A DNA stretch of 64,000 bases from contig CAXBJY010000004.1 of the NCBI GenBank assembly GCA_963976285.1, forward strand, positions 15,107 through 79,106, given 5' to 3'. Of this stretch, positions 58,204-64,000 are shown one piece after another; the first letter of the stretch is position 1; the number at the start of each line of letters is the position of its first letter. Source of the stretch: an uncultured Gammaproteobacteria bacterium (GTDB taxonomy: Bacteria > Pseudomonadota > Gammaproteobacteria > Ga0077536). A program made the translations under genes and the position numbers. The notes under the pieces were generated by a model, which was not told the DNA's origin, did not search any database, and saw only the letters and a program-made list of their open reading frames with translations.

Positions 58204-59499
58204 TCAGACCCGGCGTAAGCGCCGCAGCTGCTGATAACGACGCATAACCGCGGTACCGAGTTCGTCGGGTACCGTTTCGACAATGTCGGCGCCGAGGCGC
58301 TGCAGGCGCTGACTGATCGCCTTCACGTCGCGGCGATACTCGATCGCCGCGAGGCTCATGTAGGGGTCGACCCAGCGCGACGCCGGCTGCACGGCAAGCG
58401 CGTCGATATCCGGATCCCGCAGGGCAACGATCAGTGGCAGGTGTTGCGGTCGCAGTAATCGAACCGCGCGGTAAAGCTGGCTGCCTACTTCGACACTGTG
58501 CAATTGACTGAACAACACGATCAAAGAACGCCGTTGCGCGACTCGCGACAGCGTCATGATCGCCGGCAGCGGGTTTGATTCCGCCCCGGTGCTGGTCGTC
58601 GTCGCGAGCAGTTCCTGCAGGCGTCGCTGGTGCGCCGGTCCGTGACCGGCAGGCAGGCACCCGAGCACGCGATCGGCGAACACGAGCAGGCCGGCACGGT
58701 CGCCGCGTAACTCCGCCGTCGCCATCAGTTGCGCGGCCACGTTTGCGCTGTGGCCGAGTACGGTGAGATCACCACACGCGAGTCCGCTGGCCTGACCGGC
58801 ATCGAGCGCAACGACAATTTCGATATGTTCCGTGTGCGTGGACTCGCGCACCATCAGTTCGCGCTGGCGAGCGCTTGCCTTCCAGTCGATCGCCGCCGGC
58901 GGATCACCGGGTGAATACGCGCGCAGACCGCGTGTTTCCTCGCTCGCGGGGCCGACGTTCAGCACGGGCCGCTGACCGGACCAGGCGAGTCCGCGTGAGG
59001 GGCTTGCTACGGGTCTGCGGTTCGGCACGACCCGGCTGACGGCTGTGACCGGCACGTAGCGAATCCAGTCCGCGAGGCCGTAGCGACCGCGGATCTCCAC
59101 CGGCTGGCGCGGCCACGCATGGCGTCCGAGCGTGGTACCGGACAGCGTGAACGCGTGTTCCGTGCTTTCGCCGGGCGCGAGCTCGAGCTGAAAATCGCGC
59201 CGCGCGGTCGCGACCCCCGACGGCGGGACGGGACAGGCGCGCAGCGTGCAGGCGGTTGTACCCGCGTTCGTGATCGCGACACTAGCCGCGTGATCGGTGC
59301 CGAGCCCCAACTGTGGCGGCTGCGATACGCTGAGGGTCAACGCGGGCCCGCGTAGGGCATTGAACTCGGCCAGCACGAGCATCGCGATGACCACGGCCGG
59401 CAACTGCCACGTCAACGGCGACAGGCCGCGCCAGCTCGCCGCGATCCCGATGAATGCGACAACGACGGTGAGCGCTACCGTGCGCGGCCGCAGCGTCAT
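58204..59499 (-). CDS. DUF58 domain protein (vWA-like, MoxR partner)
   Basis: DUF58 core (YSPGDPPAAIDWKASAR...). Lies downstream of the MoxR gene with a 4-nt overlap. Confidence 0.75.
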   Translation of the reverse strand: MTLRPRTVALTVVVAFIGIAASWRGLSPLTWQLPAVVIAMLVLAEFNALRGPALTLSVSQPPQLGLGTDHAASVAITNAGTTACTLRACPVPPSGVATARRDFQLELAPGESTEHAFTLSGTTLGRHAWPRQPVEIRGRYGLADWIRYVPVTAVSRVVPNRRPVASPSRGLAWSGQRPVLNVGPASEETRGLRAYSPGDPPAAIDWKASARQRELMVRESTHTEHIEIVVALDAGQASGLACGDLTVLGHSANVAAQLMATAELRGDRAGLLVFADRVLGCLPAGHGPAHQRRLQELLATTTSTGAESNPLPAIMTLSRVAQRRSLIVLFSQLHSVEVGSQLYRAVRLLRPQHLPLIVALRDPDIDALAVQPASRWVDPYMSLAAIEYRRDVKAISQRLQRLGADIVETVPDELGTAVMRRYQQLRRLRRV

Positions 59500-60467
59500 C
59501 CCGCGGGTGCGCCGCTGGCGGTCGTCTCGTCGACTCGCGGCACCGCGACCGTCGTGACGATTTCATCGCTCAGTTCAGCCGCCGTGCGCCCTTCGAGGAT
59601 GGCTTCGGATGTCAGGATCAGGCGATGCGCGATGACCCACGGCGCGACGGCCTGTACGTCGTCCGGCCGCACGAAATCGAACCCCGCGCACACCGCATTG
59701 ACCCGCGCCATCAGCACGAGCGCGCGCGCGCCGCGCGTCGACAGACCGAGTTGCACGTCCTCGCGCTGGCGGCTCGCGGCAGCAATGTCGAGCACGTAGT
59801 CGATCAGCGCGGGTTCGACCCGACACGCATCGATTTCCGCGCGCGCGGCATCGAGCAGTGCCGGGTCGAGCGGGTCGGCGGCGAAATCGCGCTGCGCGGT
59901 AATGGCGTGGGTATGCAGCACCCGGGCCTCGTGTTCACGCTCGACGTACTGCACATCGATGCGCACGAGAAAGCGATCGATTTGCGACTCCGGCAGCGGG
60001 TAGGTGCCTTCGAAATCCATCGGGTTCTGGGTTGCGACGACGAAGAAATTCGGCGGCAGGGCGCGTGATTCACGTTCGACGGTCACGCAACGCTCTTCCA
60101 TTGCCTGCAGCAGCGCCGATTGGGTTTTCGGATTACAGCGATTCAGCTCGTCGATCAGCAGCAGCTCGGTGAACAGCGGGCCCTCGCGGAACTCGAATTC
60201 GCTGCCGTCCGGCCGGAATATCGTCACCCCGGTGATGTCACTCGGGGTCAGATCCGGGGTGCCCTGAATTCGTCGGAACGCGCCGCCGACGGTCGTCGCG
60301 AACGTCCGCGCGAGCAGTGTCTTGCCGATCCCCGGTGCACCCTGCAACAGGACATGGCCGCGCGCCATTTGCGCCATCGCGAGTGCCCCGACCGTATCGT
60401 CCATACCGAAAACGTGTTGCCCGACCTGCGCCGCGATCGTTTCAACGTAGTGACTGCCTGCTGTCAT
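59496..60467 (-). CDS. MoxR family AAA+ ATPase
   Basis: Walker A GAPGIGKT and Walker B LLIDELNR. Length about 320 aa. Confidence 0.9.
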   Translation of the reverse strand: MTAGSHYVETIAAQVGQHVFGMDDTVGALAMAQMARGHVLLQGAPGIGKTLLARTFATTVGGAFRRIQGTPDLTPSDITGVTIFRPDGSEFEFREGPLFTELLLIDELNRCNPKTQSALLQAMEERCVTVERESRALPPNFFVVATQNPMDFEGTYPLPESQIDRFLVRIDVQYVEREHEARVLHTHAITAQRDFAADPLDPALLDAARAEIDACRVEPALIDYVLDIAAASRQREDVQLGLSTRGARALVLMARVNAVCAGFDFVRPDDVQAVAPWVIAHRLILTSEAILEGRTAAELSDEIVTTVAVPRVDETTASGAPAG

Positions 60468-60488
60468 GTTTACCTCGCGTTAGCGGAT

Positions 60489-61811
60489 TCAGCGCGCCGC
60501 GCGGCGCAGTTTTGCGATGAGCTTATGCAGCCGCACCGGATCGGTACGGCCGGCCGTGTTACCCGTGAGCGCACGCACGAGTTCGTTGACCAGCGCGGGG
60601 TCGGCGTGTTCGCGGGCAAGCCCGTCGGCCAGCGCACGCTCGCTCGTCAAACGCCATTTGCGTGCGAGACGGTCGCGCAGCGGCGCCACGAGTCCCTGCG
60701 CAAGCGCGTCATGCCGCAGTCGCCGGGCGAGATAAGCACCGCTCGCGCGTACGAGATCCGCCTGGCCCGGGCGACGACCACGGGCCGGGGTCGTCGCGCG
60801 TTCCCAACTGCCGGCGTCGGCGAGCAGGTACACCGCCCAGCACATGAGCAGGAACCCGAGCGTGTACAGGACGCGCACATCGGTGAGCAATTCGCGCGGC
60901 GTATACAGGTCGTTGTCACCCTGGTGCGCGTCATCGAAGATGACAGTACCACCCGGGCCGAGGTGTGCGGCGATCAGGTTCTGCGCGAATCGGCGATTGT
61001 CGTGTTCCGCGATCGCGGCGTTCGCGAGCAGCGAAGGATGTCCGAGCACGATGATCCTGCCGTCGCCGAAGCGTTTCTCCCAGGCCGCGACCTGGGCGGA
61101 TTCCGCGTGTTCGATCACGGCGCGCCAGGGTGCATCGGCTGCCGCGGAATTCATCGTCGGCGTCGCGCGGGCCGACCCGCCGCGGCCGGCCGCATCAGCG
61201 GCCGCGCAACAGACGACGAGCGTACCGTCCCACGGCACCCGAACGTCCGCGAAGCCGCCGCCGAGCGGATGTCGGGCCACCGCGCGGAGCGCGACGGTGC
61301 GTGCACTGCCGCTGAGCGCCACCCATGCGGGCACCTCGAGAAACGATCGCGCGCTGCCGGAACTGTCCACGATGTCTTTCGTTGCCGTGACGGACAGGCT
61401 GATCCCGCCGAGGGTCTCGGTCGTATCGACCACCGATCCGCCAGCTAAATGCCACGCCGGTGATTCGAGCAGACTCGCGCTCACAACGAGCGTGTTACCG
61501 GCGGCGACCCAGTCGTGCAACGCCGCGATCTCCGGTGCTTCCGGCACGAGCAGCATCGGCACGTGAACGATCGCGATGTTGCCACGTGGCGCGACGTCGA
61601 GCGCGGGTAGCGCGGTATAGCGCTGGCCGAGTCGGGCCGTTTCGATCTGCGAACCGTGCAACCAGCGCTCGAGCGCGGCGAGACCTGCCGAGCGCGTATC
61701 ACGGCTCAGCGGACGGGTTGGTTGCGCGGTCTCTCCCCGTGGCCAGAAGATCAGCGCGAGTACCGCGAGCAGCAGCGCCATCGCGCCGATCGAGCCAAGA
61801 CGATCTTTCAT
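60489..61811 (-). CDS. DUF4350 domain protein
   Basis: N-terminal TM then a periplasmic domain. Position and size match DUF4350 in MoxR clusters. Confidence 0.6.
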   Translation of the reverse strand: MKDRLGSIGAMALLLAVLALIFWPRGETAQPTRPLSRDTRSAGLAALERWLHGSQIETARLGQRYTALPALDVAPRGNIAIVHVPMLLVPEAPEIAALHDWVAAGNTLVVSASLLESPAWHLAGGSVVDTTETLGGISLSVTATKDIVDSSGSARSFLEVPAWVALSGSARTVALRAVARHPLGGGFADVRVPWDGTLVVCCAAADAAGRGGSARATPTMNSAAADAPWRAVIEHAESAQVAAWEKRFGDGRIIVLGHPSLLANAAIAEHDNRRFAQNLIAAHLGPGGTVIFDDAHQGDNDLYTPRELLTDVRVLYTLGFLLMCWAVYLLADAGSWERATTPARGRRPGQADLVRASGAYLARRLRHDALAQGLVAPLRDRLARKWRLTSERALADGLAREHADPALVNELVRALTGNTAGRTDPVRLHKLIAKLRRAAR

Positions 61812-62473
61812 GTCGGCGTTGCCAGTCCGGCCATCAGGGCGCGGTAATCCTCGTGCAACTGGTGAAGCTCTGCGTCCGACGGCAGCCAGCCCCCGAACAG
61901 CACGCGATCGGCGCCGTTCGCGAGTTCGCGCAGGGCTCGTCGCGCAATGCCGGACACGCGGGCGCGGCGCGCAAGCGCGGAGTTCGTCAGGTTGTCCGCG
62001 AGCGTCAGCGCACCGCGGTTCGCGAGTTCGTCGCACGCGTGACGGAACAGCGCCGCCGCTTGTTCGCGTGCCGGCAGCGTGTCGATCGTGTCGCCGCCAT
62101 CGACGGAGCTCAGGGTGGGGAGCAGGACCGGGAGGTCGGGTGTCGGGCGGCTCGTGGTGGGTCTGCGTGAGTGACGGCGCCAGAAAAAAATAGCCATCGC
62201 GCTGATCACCGCCGCGACCACGAGAAGCGGAATCGCGAGCAGGATCAGGTCGAGAAAACCCGCGCCGTCAGCGAATTCCGAACCCGCACCGAGCAGATCG
62301 GCGAGCCGGTTGAGCCAGCTGTCCTCGTCATTCGCGAGGCGCCGCAGCCACGCTTCGATATCGTCGAGCAACAGGCGCATCGCGAACAGCGTGCGATCGA
62401 GTGTTGCAAGATCGGCGAGGTCGAGTCCGGCAACGATCGGGTCGAGTAAAGCCGGGTCGAGAGTGCGTGCCAC
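61808..62473 (-). CDS. DUF4129 domain protein
   Basis: Central TM, C-terminal helical domain. ATGA coupling to the DUF4350 gene. Confidence 0.6.
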   Translation of the reverse strand: MARTLDPALLDPIVAGLDLADLATLDRTLFAMRLLLDDIEAWLRRLANDEDSWLNRLADLLGAGSEFADGAGFLDLILLAIPLLVVAAVISAMAIFFWRRHSRRPTTSRPTPDLPVLLPTLSSVDGGDTIDTLPAREQAAALFRHACDELANRGALTLADNLTNSALARRARVSGIARRALRELANGADRVLFGGWLPSDAELHQLHEDYRALMAGLATPT

Positions 62474-62503
62474 GGTCCTGCTCGGCGGGAGTCGGAACCG
62501 TGG

Positions 62504-63322
62504 CTAGGCCGACGGTTCGTCGAGCGCCTGCAGTCGCGAATCGAGATCGCCGGCTTCCTTGCGCAGCAGCAGGTCGTGGTACAAGGCAAGCATGACAGCC
62601 GTGAACAAGGGGTACAGCGCAACCGTGAGCAGCGCGCCGCTGATTGTCGCCCACGGATTCGGTGCGGTCGGCTGTACTACCGACGAAATTCCGGTCGGCG
62701 CACCGAACACGAGTTCCAGGGTGATCGTGAGCGCAACACTGATCGCCATGAGAACGGTCAACACGGCCGCGGTCCGGAACCAGTTGCCGCCCCATACGAG
62801 TTCATGGCTGCGGGTGATCGCTGTCCATGCGCTGCGGTCTTCGACGATCGGAACGAAGGCATACAGGCTCATGCTCACCATGACGATGAGGCCGGGGATG
62901 ACAAGCAGTACAAAGCCGAGCGCGATCGCCACGTAATACAGGAATGATGCGACCAGCAGCGGCACGAGGAGCGTGAGCCCGCGGAGGATATCGGCGGCGA
63001 GCGAAGTTTCGCGCCCCTTGATCAACGCCCACTGGTGACTCGCAACGACGATGAAAAACATGAGAAACGATGCGATGTACAACGCCCACAGCACCCAGAA
63101 CAGCGGGCCGATGCCCGGGAACGCCGGGGGAGTGTCCGGATCCGGGTTCTGCATCGCTGCGAGCGCTTCGTAGTCGAATGAATACGCCATGCCGAGTGCG
63201 AGACCGGCGAGTACGGCGGCCATGACCGTCGCCGGTATGGCGACGGACTTGAGCGTGTTGCGGAAAACATGGAAACCGGCGTCGAGGACGCCGCCAATCG
63301 ATTGTGGTTCGCTCGGTAACAC
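62504..63322 (-). CDS. polytopic membrane protein (GP-PDE membrane-domain-like), first gene of the MoxR operon
   Basis: Six or seven TMs. 30 bp upstream of the DUF4129 gene. Confidence 0.55.
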   Translation of the reverse strand: MLPSEPQSIGGVLDAGFHVFRNTLKSVAIPATVMAAVLAGLALGMAYSFDYEALAAMQNPDPDTPPAFPGIGPLFWVLWALYIASFLMFFIVVASHQWALIKGRETSLAADILRGLTLLVPLLVASFLYYVAIALGFVLLVIPGLIVMVSMSLYAFVPIVEDRSAWTAITRSHELVWGGNWFRTAAVLTVLMAISVALTITLELVFGAPTGISSVVQPTAPNPWATISGALLTVALYPLFTAVMLALYHDLLLRKEAGDLDSRLQALDEPSA

Positions 63323-63548
63323 GATCTTCCTCCTCGAACGGGACGCCGCCTGTCAGGCTGCCGTGCCGGGCGGGTTCAAGTCAAGCGATCGGCAAATCCC
63401 GCCGGCCGCCGGGTACGCGTTCCGGACCCCGCAACGAGCGGGGGCGGTTTGCAATCGTCACTGCCAACCCTGTCGCCATCCGCGCCGTCGATGCGACGGT
63501 ACGGGGATGTTGCGTTGAACCCGATAGCTGCGGATTCTACGTTGCGTT

Positions 63549-64000
63549 TTAGTTCGTCACGCCGGCTTCCTGGCCGGCGATCATAACGGCGTTTTTCAAT
63601 GCCTCGATCACCGCCTCACGCCCGGCGCTGATCCGGAACGGGCCGTCGCCGGATTCGAACTTCGCCTGCCATGCACTTGCGGGCAGTTGCGTTTTGACTT
63701 TCGCATCGGCCTCGCCGAGCGTATAGCCCTTCGCGACGTTCAGTGCCTCGAAATGGACGACGCTGTAGGCATACACCTGGTCCCCGGAATGACGTTTGAG
63801 CAAACCGTAACTGATGACTTTCTGGCTCGATTTCGTCATGAAGTCGCGGACCTGCTGGCGATAGATCACCACGAGCATATCGACATTGTGCGCGCGACCG
63901 ATCTCGAGCAGGCGCGGGCGAATGCGTTCCGGCGTGGCGAAACTCGCGCTGCTCGAATACGCTTCGTCGACGGACATCTGCGCGGCGATATCGACGATCT
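63549..64000 (-). CDS. hypothetical protein (C-terminal part; the ORF stays open to the window edge)
   Basis: Protein-like composition. No in-frame stop between 63977 and the window end, so the true start may lie outside the window. Confidence 0.4.
   Translation of the reverse strand, partial: IVDIAAQMSVDEAYSSSASFATPERIRPRLLEIGRAHNVDMLVVIYRQQVRDFMTKSSQKVISYGLLKRHSGDQVYAYSVVHFEALNVAKGYTLGEADAKVKTQLPASAWQAKFESGDGPFRISAGREAVIEALKNAVMIAGQEAGVTN

Noticed and set aside
1-64000. CRISPR arrays, rRNA, integrase or transposase genes
   Set aside because: No direct-repeat/spacer periodicity, no rRNA-like conserved stretches, and no transposase or integrase ORF were seen. The only long repeat structure is the rapA-downstream element.

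Overview
This is a high-GC (about 67%) chromosomal segment, probably from a Gram-negative proteobacterium. It carries typical proteobacterial genes (RapA, SrkA, PntAB, PBP1C with alpha-2-macroglobulin, a PEP-CTERM protein, SseA) and many lipid and xenobiotic oxidation genes (two luciferase-like oxidoreductases, a fused acyl-CoA dehydrogenase, an AMP-ligase, a P450, SDRs, two nitroreductases). That mix hints at a hydrocarbon-degrading lineage such as Nevskiales, but this is a guess. I called about 60 protein-coding genes from ORF length, start-codon context, translational coupling and recognisable family motifs. I found no rRNA or CRISPR and no convincing tRNA or mobile-element genes; gaps were inspected by eye only, with no tRNA search run, and no transposase or integrase was seen, although the rapA-downstream element (finding 1) is MITE-like by architecture. 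Five things stand out:
- A 429-bp nested inverted-repeat element with three internal hairpins and a possible loop-loop pairing lies directly after the rapA stop codon. It looks like a MITE/REP-like element or a structured 3'UTR RNA.
- A stator-like pair in inverted order (MotB-like then MotA-like, overlapping at ATGA) is followed by a PilZ protein, with a degenerate-GGDEF/EAL phosphodiesterase 3 kb away and no flagellar genes nearby.
- A complete MoxR / DUF58 / DUF4350 / DUF4129 / membrane operon of unknown function converges on an RDD plus SpoIIM-like pair. An LTA-synthase-family gene with a 500-bp leader sits between them.
- A 57-aa ORF with a strong Shine-Dalgarno, a hydrophobic core and its own terminator lies between a LysR regulator and an HDOD gene.
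- A small Cys-rich ORF ends at an in-frame TAG.
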